Origin: Candidatus Saccharimonadota bacterium | GTDB lineage: Bacteria; Pseudomonadota; Gammaproteobacteria; Enterobacterales; Enterobacteriaceae | NCBI RefSeq assembly: GCF_964059045.1 | Contig: NZ_OZ060402.1 | Span: 330,001-362,000 of the forward strand | Direction: 5' to 3' | DNA length: 32,000 bases | Part shown: in pieces, positions 20,052 to 29,202 of the stretch | Position numbering within the stretch: position 1 is the first letter of the stretch | Layout: each line of letters starts with the position of its first letter | Made by a program: the position numbers and the translations under genes | The notes under the pieces: generated by a model | What the model was told of the DNA's origin: nothing | The model's database searches: none | What the model saw: only the letters and a program-made list of their open reading frames with translations

Positions 20052-20807
20052 ATGGATAATACAATACAAACCGCTAAAATAGCAGCTAATCAAACTATTG
20101 AAAAACAAGCAATTACAGCAAATAATTTAGCTAATGTTTCTACACCTGGTTTTAAAGCTCAATTGCAATCTTTATTAAAAACTATATCTAATCCTGATGA
20201 AACAAACAAATTAATATTAGATTCATTTCAATATGATTTATCTCATGGTGTAATTAGACATACAGAACAACCATTAGATTTAGCTTTACCAGAAAATGGC
20301 TGGTTTGTTCTTAGAAATGATCAGTTTGAAGATTTTTATACAAGAAATGGTCATTTTGAAGTTAATGAAAAAGGAGAATTAAACATGAAAGGATTGCATG
20401 TGATGGGTCAAAATGGTACAGCAGTCAAAATTCCAGTAAATTCTATTCCGTCTTTTAATAACAAAGGTGAATTTACTACACTAGTAAAAGATAAAAATAA
20501 AAGTAAAGAAATCATACTAGGAAGATTAAGAACTGTAAATATATTAGATAATAGCTATTTATATAAACATCCCAACGGATTCTTTAAATTAAAAGATGAT
20601 TCAGCATCAGTTTGTTCTCAAATTGTTCAAAATAATAAAAAAATTAAACTTTTGCAAGGTGCTTTAGAAGAAAGTAATGTTAATCCTGCTGAAAATGTAA
20701 TTAATATGATTAATAATACTAGACAATTTGACATGCAAATGAAAATGATATCTGATTGTAGTGATAATGAACAAAAAGCAAATTCAATTTTAAATGTAAA
20801 TAATTAA
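20052..20807 (+). CDS. flgF: Flagellar basal-body rod protein FlgF
   Basis: The 251-aa ORF is the same length as E. coli FlgF. Matches include [23 protein letters not shown], and GALEESNVNPAENVINMINNTRQFDMQMKMI. Confidence 0.9.
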   Translation: MDNTIQTAKIAANQTIEKQAITANNLANVSTPGFKAQLQSLLKTISNPDETNKLILDSFQYDLSHGVIRHTEQPLDLALPENGWFVLRNDQFEDFYTRNGHFEVNEKGELNMKGLHVMGQNGTAVKIPVNSIPSFNNKGEFTTLVKDKNKSKEIILGRLRTVNILDNSYLYKHPNGFFKLKDDSASVCSQIVQNNKKIKLLQGALEESNVNPAENVINMINNTRQFDMQMKMISDCSDNEQKANSILNVNN

Positions 20808-20831
20808 AAATAATTACAAGGATAAAATTTT

Positions 20832-21614
20832 ATGATTCCATCTTTATGGATAGCAAAAACTGGTCTAGATGCTCAGCAAATTAACATGAATGTAATCTCT
20901 AATAATTTAGCCAACGTGAGTACAAATGGTTTTAAAAAATCTCATGCAATATTTGAAGATCTGATGTATCAAACTCTTCGTCAACCTGGTGTTACATGTT
21001 CTAATAATTCAAATATACCTTCTGGACTGCAATTAGGAACAGGAGTGAGACCAATTGCAACCGAAAGAATTCATACTCAAGGAAATTTGTCAAAAACTGG
21101 TTCTTCAAAAGATTTAGCTATAAACGGACAAGGTTTTTTTCAAGTTCAATTACCTAATGGTAATATAGCATATACTAGAGATGGTTCTTTTCAAATCGAT
21201 AAAAATGGTCAATTAGGAACAAGTAGTGGTTTTGCTCTTCAACCTACAGTTAATATTCCATTGCATGCCGTCAATATACATATTGGTAGAGATGGAGCGA
21301 TTTTTGTTACATTACAAGGTGAAGTGAATCAAAATCAAATTGGTCAATTGAATTTAGTTAATTTTGTAAATAATGCTGGTTTAGAAAGTTTAGGTGAAAA
21401 TTTATATAAAGAAACTAATGCTTCAGGAAGTCCAGTAGAAAGCGCTCCTGGTTCTAATGGAGCTGGTTCAATTTATCAAGGATTTGTTGAAACTTCCAAT
21501 GTTAATGTTGCTGAAGAATTAGTTAATATGATACAAACACAAAGAGCATATGAAATAAATAGTAAATCAATAAATAGTTCTGATCAAATGTTACAAAAAT
21601 TATCTCAATTATAA
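20832..21614 (+). CDS. flgG: Flagellar basal-body distal rod protein FlgG
   Basis: The 260-aa ORF is highly conserved relative to enteric FlgG. Matches include [50 protein letters not shown], and [26 protein letters not shown]. Confidence 0.95.
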   Translation: MIPSLWIAKTGLDAQQINMNVISNNLANVSTNGFKKSHAIFEDLMYQTLRQPGVTCSNNSNIPSGLQLGTGVRPIATERIHTQGNLSKTGSSKDLAINGQGFFQVQLPNGNIAYTRDGSFQIDKNGQLGTSSGFALQPTVNIPLHAVNIHIGRDGAIFVTLQGEVNQNQIGQLNLVNFVNNAGLESLGENLYKETNASGSPVESAPGSNGAGSIYQGFVETSNVNVAEELVNMIQTQRAYEINSKSINSSDQMLQKLSQL

Positions 21615-21702
21615 TATATTATAAAAATCACAAAATTTATTATCCATTTAATAAGACAATGTATATTATAAATAACATATGATAATTTAAGGTAATTTTA
21701 CT

Positions 21703-22395
21703 GTGTCCAAGTCGTTTATTTTAAAAACTAAAATCTTTTTAGTATTTAGTTTAATACTATTTTTGAATGGTTGTTCATCTATTCCTTATGATCAAAGATT
21801 AGAAACAACCATTCAAAATCCAAAAAATATTTATTCATCAATTCCTAATGATGTTAATGTTCAAGAAAAAAATAATTATTCTTTATTCGAGGATTATAAA
21901 GCTCATAATATTGGGGATACTATGACAGTTGTATTACAAGAAAATGTTAGTGCTAGTAATAGTTCTTCTTCAAATATTACTCGTAATGGCAACAGTAATA
22001 TTGGTGTAACTGCTTTTCCTAATCCATTTAATTTAATTGGCAATAATCATAAAAATCAAGCTGAATTTAACACTGTTGGAAAACATGATTATTCCGGGAA
22101 AGGTAGTAGTACTGCTAAAAATATTTTTACCGGTATTATTACAGTTACTGTTAGTAATATATTGCCTAATCGAAATATGCAAGTATATGGAGAAAAAACT
22201 ATTACTATTAATAAAGGAACAGAAAAAATTATTTTTTCTGGAATAGTTAACCCCCAAACAATAGGAAGTAATAATTCAGTTATTTCTACTCAAGTAGCAG
22301 ATGCTCATATTGAATATATTAGTAATAATTATGTAAATAATACAAATCATATGGGTTGGTTACAACGTTTATTTTTTAAAATATCACCAATGTAA
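21703..22395 (+). CDS. flgH: Flagellar L-ring lipoprotein FlgH
   Basis: The 230-aa ORF starts at GTG and has a lipoprotein signal with lipobox LNGC. Matches include LFEDYKAHNIGDTMTVVLQENVSASNSSSS, IIFSGIVNPQTI, STQVADAHIEY and a C-terminal MGWLQRLFFKISPM, as in E. coli FlgH. Confidence 0.92.
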   Translation: MSKSFILKTKIFLVFSLILFLNGCSSIPYDQRLETTIQNPKNIYSSIPNDVNVQEKNNYSLFEDYKAHNIGDTMTVVLQENVSASNSSSSNITRNGNSNIGVTAFPNPFNLIGNNHKNQAEFNTVGKHDYSGKGSSTAKNIFTGIITVTVSNILPNRNMQVYGEKTITINKGTEKIIFSGIVNPQTIGSNNSVISTQVADAHIEYISNNYVNNTNHMGWLQRLFFKISPM

Positions 22396-22530
22396 AATTA
22401 TTTTATGTTGAATATAATATAGTTGTAATAAATTATCTGTATAATATAATTTATGAAATATTTAGTATATTTACTGATTGAATATAAATTAAAATATTTT
22501 CTTATTTTAATTATTAAATTTTTACATTTA

Positions 22531-22617
22531 ACTACATAAACCTAATATTTTTAATTTTATAATTATTTTAAATGATTATAATAAAATATTATTTAATTAA
22601 TTTATTAGGTTTGTAGT
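22531..22617. repeat. Imperfect stem-loop in the flgH-flgI spacer
   Basis: actaca(ta)aacctaata (22531-22547) pairs with tattaggtttgtagt (22603-22617). That gives 15 bp with a 2-nt bulge, and the arms contain the only G/C residues of this spacer. The roughly 55-nt interior holds a smaller tataat/attata repeat. Confidence 0.4.
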
Positions 22618-22696
22618 AATTATTAATTAAAAATATATTTTTATTATTATTATAATATTCAAAATATTATTTTGCATTCATTTGTAAAGGTATATT

Positions 22697-23809
22697 ATGC
22701 GTAATTTATTTTTAAAATCTTTTGTATCTTTGTTAATATTATTTTATAGTTCAATTACTTATGCTGATAGAATTCGAGATTTAACTACTATTCAGGGGCT
22801 ACAAGAAAAAAAACTAATTGGTTACGGATTAATTATTGGTTTAAATGGTACTGGAGATGAACTCAATCAATCACCATTAACTAGTCAAGCTATTACAAAC
22901 ATGTTGTTCAAATTAGGTATTGCAACATCGAATGAATCTAATACTAGATTAAAAAATACTGCTTCTGTCATAGTAACTGCTACATTACCTCCTTTTATCC
23001 ACAAAGGACAAAAAATAGATATTTTAGTTTCTTCATTAGGAAATGCTAAAAGCATTAATAAAGGAAGGTTACTCATGACTTCTTTAAAAGGAAATGACAA
23101 TATTACATATGCATTAGCTCAAGGTCAAGTATCATGTAATGAAACCGATGATTTGGAAGCTAAAAATGTTTTTTTAAGACCATTTCAAAATATGAATGGA
23201 GGAACCATCAGACAAGGTGCTGTGATTGATGTAGAATCAAACACCAATTTTGGTGATAATGGTATTATTGATCTTCAATTAAATGAAGAAGATTTTAGTT
23301 TGTCGCAAAATATTAGTGATTCTATTAATATAAAATATCCAGATACAGCTATTCCATTAGATTCTAGAACAGTACAATTAAGCACTCCAGAAAACAGAGC
23401 AGCCCAAATTAGAATGTTGTCTAATATTCAAAATATAGATATAAATATACCTATTCAAGATGCTAAGATTGTTATCAATTCAAAAACAGGTTCAATAGTT
23501 ATCAATCATGATGTCACCTTGGGAAATTGTGCTATTTCTCATGGTAATTTTTCTATAGTTATTGAAAAAGATGAATTGTTACTTCATAAAAATAAAAATG
23601 TAACCAATAATCAAACATGGCAATCTCCTGAAGAAAATAATGAATCAATTCCTGATAATCAAACTATCAAACGAAATCAAAAAAATAATTTAAACAATAT
23701 TATTCGTGCTTTAAACTCATTAGGTGCCAAACCATATGAATTAATTTTAATTTTACAATCAATGAAAGATGCAGGTTGTTTACATGCAAAACTGGAGATT
23801 ATTTCATGA
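22697..23809 (+). CDS. flgI: Flagellar P-ring protein FlgI
   Basis: The 370-aa ORF has a signal peptide followed by RIRDLTTIQG. Matches include L(I)GYGLIIGLNGTGD and a C-terminal LNNIIRALNSLGAKPYELILILQSMKDAGCLHAKLEII, collinear with E. coli FlgI. It ends in TGA. Confidence 0.92.
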   Translation: MRNLFLKSFVSLLILFYSSITYADRIRDLTTIQGLQEKKLIGYGLIIGLNGTGDELNQSPLTSQAITNMLFKLGIATSNESNTRLKNTASVIVTATLPPFIHKGQKIDILVSSLGNAKSINKGRLLMTSLKGNDNITYALAQGQVSCNETDDLEAKNVFLRPFQNMNGGTIRQGAVIDVESNTNFGDNGIIDLQLNEEDFSLSQNISDSINIKYPDTAIPLDSRTVQLSTPENRAAQIRMLSNIQNIDINIPIQDAKIVINSKTGSIVINHDVTLGNCAISHGNFSIVIEKDELLLHKNKNVTNNQTWQSPEENNESIPDNQTIKRNQKNNLNNIIRALNSLGAKPYELILILQSMKDAGCLHAKLEIIS

Positions 23810-24132
23810 AAAACATATTATCAATAATGGAATCACCAAGTGATATCATTGTTCAAAAAACATTTAATTTATTTCAAAACCAAAAGACGATAAATGCGTC
23901 AAAACAACTAATTGAATCAGGAAAACAAATTGAAAGTATATTTTTAACAATGATTTTAAAAAGTAGCTATTCTTCAGAATTATTTAAAAATAATTTGTTT
24001 CATAGCGATCAATCAACAATGTATTCAGAAATATATAATCAAACAATATCTCAAAATATCAGTGAAAAAGGTTTAGGATTAGCAGAATTTATAGAAAAAC
24101 AAATGTTAATATTACAACCGAATATAAAATAA
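23806..24132 (+). CDS. flgJ: FlgJ, rod-binding N-terminal domain only (no muramidase domain)
   Basis: The 108-aa product aligns to E. coli FlgJ residues 1 to about 105. Matches are QIESIFLTMILKS with QVEGMFVQMMLKS and KGLGLAEFIEKQM with KGLGLAEMLVKQM. The ATG at 23806 overlaps the flgI TGA (ATGA) and has GGAGA 7 nt upstream. The track ORF starts at an upstream TTG. Confidence 0.8.
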   Translation: MKNILSIMESPSDIIVQKTFNLFQNQKTINASKQLIESGKQIESIFLTMILKSSYSSELFKNNLFHSDQSTMYSEIYNQTISQNISEKGLGLAEFIEKQMLILQPNIK

Positions 24133-24211
24133 AGAAAATTGTATAATATATTTATCAATACATATTAATATATTTTAATTGTATTATTTGTGTAATAATT
24201 TAAGGAAAGAA

Positions 24212-26005
24212 ATGAATACAGTAATCAATTCATCAATTAATGCAATACATGATATACAAATGTCTTTAAATAAAAATATTAAAAATGTAGAAAATATTAA
24301 TACATCTAACATTAATATTAAAAATGTAAATAATGATCCAAAAAATGAAAAATCAAACATTGATAGAACAAATTTAGATAAAAATCGCAATCCTATCTAC
24401 TACTCAGAATCTCCTAAAAAAATAAACGATCCTGACCAAGAAGAAGAAATGAATGAAATCGATGAAGAAGAAATGAATTTTACTGATGAAGAAGAAATCA
24501 ATGAATATAGTGAAAAAAATGATAATACTGAATTATTAATAAAAAATGTATATCATTTAAATTCTATTCAACAATCTGAAGAAGCAGAATGTATTAAGAT
24601 AAATGAACTTAATACAATATTAGAAAAACACCAAAATATATTTTATAAATTTATCCCAGAATTTCATTCTTGTGTTAAAGCGGCAATTAAAGACAAGATT
24701 GGTACGCATTTTAGTCCAAACACAATATCATCTGCTCAAAAAGTTATACAAGAATTTCAAAGTCTTAATAAAGATTTAAATTTTTTATATAATAAAATTA
24801 ATTATAGTATAAATTATTATGTTATGAGAATCAATCAAATTATTAATTCTATTATCAATATCAATAAATCTATTCAAGATAATTTATATTTAAAACAATC
24901 AAAAGACATTGATAAATCGAATGATTTACAAAAATTTTTACAATTAAGAACAAATAAAATTAATCAATTAAATAAAATTATTGGAACTGAAGAAAAAATA
25001 CAAGATAATAATTATATTTTGACTATTAATAATAAATTTAATTTAATTCATAATTTACACACCAATAAATTAATTGTTGCTGAAGATGAATACTATGATA
25101 ATCAATTTAGTATAGGATATATTGAACCAAAAAATGAAAAAATCATATTAATAGAAAGATTAATAACTACCGGTGTATTAGGTGGACTATTAAAATTTCG
25201 TCATGATACATTAAGTCACGCAAAAAGTAAAATTGGTCAGTTAATAGTTAATTTTACATATAGTTTTAACGATCAAAATAAATCTGGTTATGATATTAAC
25301 AATCGTGATGGAAACAATTTTTTTTCCAAGATTGTGCCTGATGTTAAACCTAATAAAAATAATCAATCAGATATATTATTAATTTCTGCATGGAATGATT
25401 CTAGTATTGCTAAACCAGAACAATATAAATTAACATTTGTTAATTCTAATCAATGGAACATCAAAAAAATTTCTGATAATAAAAATATTGATTATATAAA
25501 AATTGATTTAAATAAAAATACATCATGTATCATATTTGATGGAATAAAAATAAAATACCCAAAAGATAAATTAATTAATAATGATCAATACATTGTAAAA
25601 ACTCAAGATGATATCATTAATAAATTACATGTAGGAGCAACAACTTCTACTAAAATTGGTTTATATAAAAATTTTTTTGATACTGAAGATTATTCATTTA
25701 ATGCTCAAAATATAATTGCTTTAAATGATGGAATATTAGTAGAACACAAAGAAACATTAAATGATTCATATGATAATTTGAAAAATCAAATACAAAAAAA
25801 AATAGCAATATTAAGTTTAAATCATAAACAAAAAAAATCAATGACAAAAGTATTAAAATATCATAAAGTTAAAAAACCTAATCCTATTAATTTAGATGAA
25901 ATATATAAAGACACTACTGATTTACATAATAGTTATATGGCTAATACAAAAGTATTAAAAATCGAAAATAATATTGAAGATCAAATAATAAATATATTTA
26001 ATTAA
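24212..26005 (+). CDS. flgK: Flagellar hook-associated protein 1 FlgK (divergent, with an insertion)
   Basis: The central TTGVLGGLLKFRHDTL...IGQLIVNFTYSFNDQNKSGYDINNRDGNNFF and the C-terminal LDEIYKDTTDLHNSYMANTKVLKIENNIEDQIINIF are collinear with E. coli FlgK. The start is set at the ATG at 24212, which has AAGGA 5 nt upstream. The track ORF starts at TTG 24179. Confidence 0.8.
   Translation: MNTVINSSINAIHDIQMSLNKNIKNVENINTSNINIKNVNNDPKNEKSNIDRTNLDKNRNPIYYSESPKKINDPDQEEEMNEIDEEEMNFTDEEEINEYSEKNDNTELLIKNVYHLNSIQQSEEAECIKINELNTILEKHQNIFYKFIPEFHSCVKAAIKDKIGTHFSPNTISSAQKVIQEFQSLNKDLNFLYNKINYSINYYVMRINQIINSIININKSIQDNLYLKQSKDIDKSNDLQKFLQLRTNKINQLNKIIGTEEKIQDNNYILTINNKFNLIHNLHTNKLIVAEDEYYDNQFSIGYIEPKNEKIILIERLITTGVLGGLLKFRHDTLSHAKSKIGQLIVNFTYSFNDQNKSGYDINNRDGNNFFSKIVPDVKPNKNNQSDILLISAWNDSSIAKPEQYKLTFVNSNQWNIKKISDNKNIDYIKIDLNKNTSCIIFDGIKIKYPKDKLINNDQYIVKTQDDIINKLHVGATTSTKIGLYKNFFDTEDYSFNAQNIIALNDGILVEHKETLNDSYDNLKNQIQKKIAILSLNHKQKKSMTKVLKYHKVKKPNPINLDEIYKDTTDLHNSYMANTKVLKIENNIEDQIINIFN
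24434..24508 (+). repeat. In-frame roughly 24-bp tandem repeat (3 copies) encoding acidic D/E-E-E-E-(M/I)-N units inside flgK
   Basis: The units are gaccaagaagaagaaatgaatgaaatc, gatgaagaagaaatgaattttact and gatgaagaagaaatcaatgaatat. Together they encode DQEEEMNEI DEEEMNFT DEEEINEY. Confidence 0.75.
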
Positions 26006-26040
26006 TAACATTGATTAAAATTCAATTCTCAAAAATAAAA

Positions 26041-26080
26041 TTGTCATATATATTAATTCTTTAATTAATATATATGACAA
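26041..26080. terminator. Hairpin between convergent flgK and rne (candidate bidirectional terminator)
   Basis: The 18-bp perfect stem pairs ttgtcatatatattaatt (26041-26058) with aattaatatatatgacaa (26063-26080) around a 4-nt loop, cttt. A-rich sequence flanks both sides. Confidence 0.6.
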
Positions 26081-26158
26081 AACTATCAAATTTAAAAATA
26101 AAATATAATCATGATAATCATATTTTTAATTTTTAAATTTTATTATAATAATTTATTT

Positions 26159-29083
26159 TTATATTTTAAAAATTGGAGAACTTGAACGATTTTTTGCTAC
26201 ATGTCCTCCTGCAGCTCTATATTTTTTGTTGATTAATATTGAATATGATTTTATTTGATGAATATATAATTTTTTATTTTGCATATAAAATGAAATTTTT
26301 GTGACTGGAGCACTAGATTGTTCTTTTTTTTTAATTTTTTTAAAACATTTTTTTTTAGAAATTGATAATATTGATTTATTTGAATTTTTTTTTATAAAAT
26401 TTAATCGATTACAATGATTAACTGGATAATTATTTAAAAAAAATAATTTTTTTTTGTTATTATTTATTAATGGTTGAAAGAAATTCTTTTGATAACCATT
26501 ATTTTTAATAATTTTTTTATTTGATAAAATTAAATTTGTTTTTTTTTGAATTACACTATTTTTGATTTTTTTTAATACTAAATTAATTTGATAATAATAT
26601 ATCTCTAGTAAAATTAATAAACTAATACAATCTAAATTATTTTTTAAACAAGATTTAATAAATGATAATTGAGGATATTGTATCAATGTCAGTGCTAATT
26701 TTTGTTCAGGAGATAATACAGAAAGCATACTAGATGATATGACCTTTTTTAATTGTTTTTTATAATAATTTTTATTTTCATAACGGATATTTAATAAAAT
26801 ATTTTTTAATAAATTAAATTGATTAAAAATAATATTTATAGAATTGATATTATTATAATTTCTTTTTTGATTTATTTTTTTAATTTTTAATTTTTTAGAT
26901 ACTATTGATGAATTTATTAGTAATGGAAAACCATTATTTTTTGTTACTAATTGTAATTGTTTGCTTTTTAATATATTATTTTTTTTAAAATATTTTTTTT
27001 TATGTGCTATTAAAAATAAATTATATTCTTTAAGTGTATTTAAATATTTTAAAATATTATAATTTTTTTCCAATGAAAAATATTTATTTTTTAATATTTT
27101 TTTATAAAAATTATTTTTTTCAAAATTATTAATATAATTTATTTTTTGTACATCATTTAAATCAAATATTTTTGCATGTATTTTAAATGGATTTTTTTGA
27201 TTGGATTGAATAATTAAATTTTTATTTTGATATTGTTTTTTACTTTTAAAAAAAATAATTTTTTTCCAATTAAATTTATGTAATAAATATTTTTTATGTT
27301 TTTCTATATTTTTATTTTTAATTTTTTTTATATTAAAAAATAATATATTATTAAATAATAATAATATTTTTTTTATAATTTTATTTTTAAAAATAATATT
27401 TTGAATACCAAAAAATTGTTTAATAATTTTTTGGTATTTTATTTTAAAAAAATTTTTTTTAATATTGAATTGCATATTAGAAATAGTTTTATCTGAAAAC
27501 ATTTGATATTGTTGTTGTTTTTTTTCTAACATTGATTGTGTTGAATAACTATTTTGTTTATGATAATATAATTTTGATAAATTATAACTAATTTTTTTTA
27601 TATTTTCTCCTTTTCGAATACGAGTAATAGAATAATTAGGTGTTTCAATATGTTTGCTAGGAACAATAATAGTTCTTCCACCTAGTTGACGTTTTTCAAT
27701 ATTATTAACTTCACTTCGTTTCTCATTTAATAAATAACATGCGATTTCTATAGGAACAATAGCATGAACAGCATAAGTATTTTCTTTAATAGCTTCTTCT
27801 TCTATTAATCTTAATATAGATAGAGATAATGATTCATTATCTCTAATAGATCCAGTGCCACTACATCTGGAACAAACATGATAACTAGATTCTCCTAAAG
27901 ATGGACGTAATCTTTGACGAGACATTTCCAATAATCCAAAACGAGAAATATCACTAATTTGAATACGTGCTCTATCATGTTTAACAATTTCACGTAATTT
28001 GTTTTCAATAGATTTTTGATTCTGAAATAATGTCATATCAATAAAATCAATAACTATTAATCCTCCTAAATCCCGTAATCTTAATTGACGAGCAATTTCA
28101 TAAACAGCTTCTAAATTTGTATTAAAAGCAGTTTCTTCAATATCTAATCCTTTAGTCGAACGAGATGAATTAACATCAATTGCAGTTAATGCTTCTGTAT
28201 TATCAACAACAATTTCACCTCCTGAAGGTAATCTCACTTCTCTTTTAAATGCTGAGCTAATTTGTGATTCAATTTGATAATAACTAAACAAAGGTATTGA
28301 ACCCTTATATAACTTTATTTTACTAGAGAAATCTAACCTTCCTAATAAATGAATATATTGATAAGCAAATTCTAGAATTTTAGGGTTATCAATTATAATT
28401 TCACCTATATCTTGACGTAAATAATCTCGAAAAGAACGTAAAATAATATTACTTTCTTGATGTAATAAAATAGGGGATGAATTTATTTTCGCTAGATCTT
28501 GAATTGAATTCCATAATTGTAATCTAAAATTTAAATCCCATTGTAAAATTTCAATTGATTTATTCAATCCTGCTGTACGAATAATAATTCCCATATTTTG
28601 AGGTATAGATAATGATAGTATGATTTCTTTTAATTTTATTCTATCAAGTCCTGTAATTCTTTTCGATATTCCTATTGTTTTATTATTATTTGGCATAAGT
28701 ACTAAATAACTGCCAGCTAAACTAATAAAAGTAGTTAATGCTGCTCCTTTATTACCTCTTTCTTCTTTATCAATTTGAACTATTATTTCTTGTCCTTCTT
28801 TTAAAAAATTTTTTATATTAAAATTTGAATCTAATGAATAATCTTGAGATAAATAACTATGAGAAATTTCTTTTAATGGTAAAAATCCATGTTTTTCTAA
28901 TCCATAATCAACAAAAACAGCTTCTAAACTAGGTTCAATTCTAGTAATTTTACCTTTGTAAATATTAGATTTTTTTTTCTCTTGACCTGGAATTTCAATA
29001 TCTAAATCGTATAATCGTTGTCCATCTACAAGAGCAACTCGTAATTCTTCTTTTTGAGTAGCATTAATTAACATTCTTTTCAT
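26159..29083 (-). CDS. rne: Ribonuclease E
   Basis: The N-terminal half is collinear with E. coli RNase E from MKRMLINATQKEELRVALVDGQRLYDLDIE. It includes the S1 domain, the catalytic region (VIDFIDM) and the Zn-link CSRCSGTG. The start is set at the ATG at 29083. The track ORF carries a 33-codon upstream extension with no homology. The C-terminal half is N/K/I-rich low complexity. Confidence 0.92.
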   Translation of the reverse strand: MKRMLINATQKEELRVALVDGQRLYDLDIEIPGQEKKKSNIYKGKITRIEPSLEAVFVDYGLEKHGFLPLKEISHSYLSQDYSLDSNFNIKNFLKEGQEIIVQIDKEERGNKGAALTTFISLAGSYLVLMPNNNKTIGISKRITGLDRIKLKEIILSLSIPQNMGIIIRTAGLNKSIEILQWDLNFRLQLWNSIQDLAKINSSPILLHQESNIILRSFRDYLRQDIGEIIIDNPKILEFAYQYIHLLGRLDFSSKIKLYKGSIPLFSYYQIESQISSAFKREVRLPSGGEIVVDNTEALTAIDVNSSRSTKGLDIEETAFNTNLEAVYEIARQLRLRDLGGLIVIDFIDMTLFQNQKSIENKLREIVKHDRARIQISDISRFGLLEMSRQRLRPSLGESSYHVCSRCSGTGSIRDNESLSLSILRLIEEEAIKENTYAVHAIVPIEIACYLLNEKRSEVNNIEKRQLGGRTIIVPSKHIETPNYSITRIRKGENIKKISYNLSKLYYHKQNSYSTQSMLEKKQQQYQMFSDKTISNMQFNIKKNFFKIKYQKIIKQFFGIQNIIFKNKIIKKILLLFNNILFFNIKKIKNKNIEKHKKYLLHKFNWKKIIFFKSKKQYQNKNLIIQSNQKNPFKIHAKIFDLNDVQKINYINNFEKNNFYKKILKNKYFSLEKNYNILKYLNTLKEYNLFLIAHKKKYFKKNNILKSKQLQLVTKNNGFPLLINSSIVSKKLKIKKINQKRNYNNINSINIIFNQFNLLKNILLNIRYENKNYYKKQLKKVISSSMLSVLSPEQKLALTLIQYPQLSFIKSCLKNNLDCISLLILLEIYYYQINLVLKKIKNSVIQKKTNLILSNKKIIKNNGYQKNFFQPLINNNKKKLFFLNNYPVNHCNRLNFIKKNSNKSILSISKKKCFKKIKKKEQSSAPVTKISFYMQNKKLYIHQIKSYSILINKKYRAAGGHVAKNRSSSPIFKI

Positions 29084-29202
29084 GATATCAATCTCTCGTA
29101 TTATTTTAAAATTATAATACATTTTAACAAACAAAATATTATTTAATTCAAGTCTAAATATTGAATGTTTTAAATAATACAATTATATATTTTTATTGTA
29201 TT

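Noticed and set aside
22033-22257. Two small ORFs (74 aa on the - strand; 69 aa on the + strand in an alternate frame, 22037-22246) inside flgH
   Set aside because: Both are fully embedded in the conserved flgH frame. They are low-complexity products with no support.
22885-23100. 71-aa ORF antisense to flgI
   Set aside because: It is a shadow ORF within a conserved CDS.
24184-24390. 68-aa ORF antisense to the flgK 5' region
   Set aside because: It is a shadow ORF with a hydrophobic low-complexity product typical of AT-rich antisense frames.
29084-29182. N-terminal extensions of track ORFs. This range is rne. The same issue affects yoaE (8109), minE (10857), minC (12428), flgJ (23776) and flgK (24179).
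   Set aside because: In each case the orthologue N-terminus aligns to an internal ATG, usually with a better Shine-Dalgarno. The upstream part has no homology, and several of these ORFs begin at TTG or GTG. The starts were trimmed accordingly.
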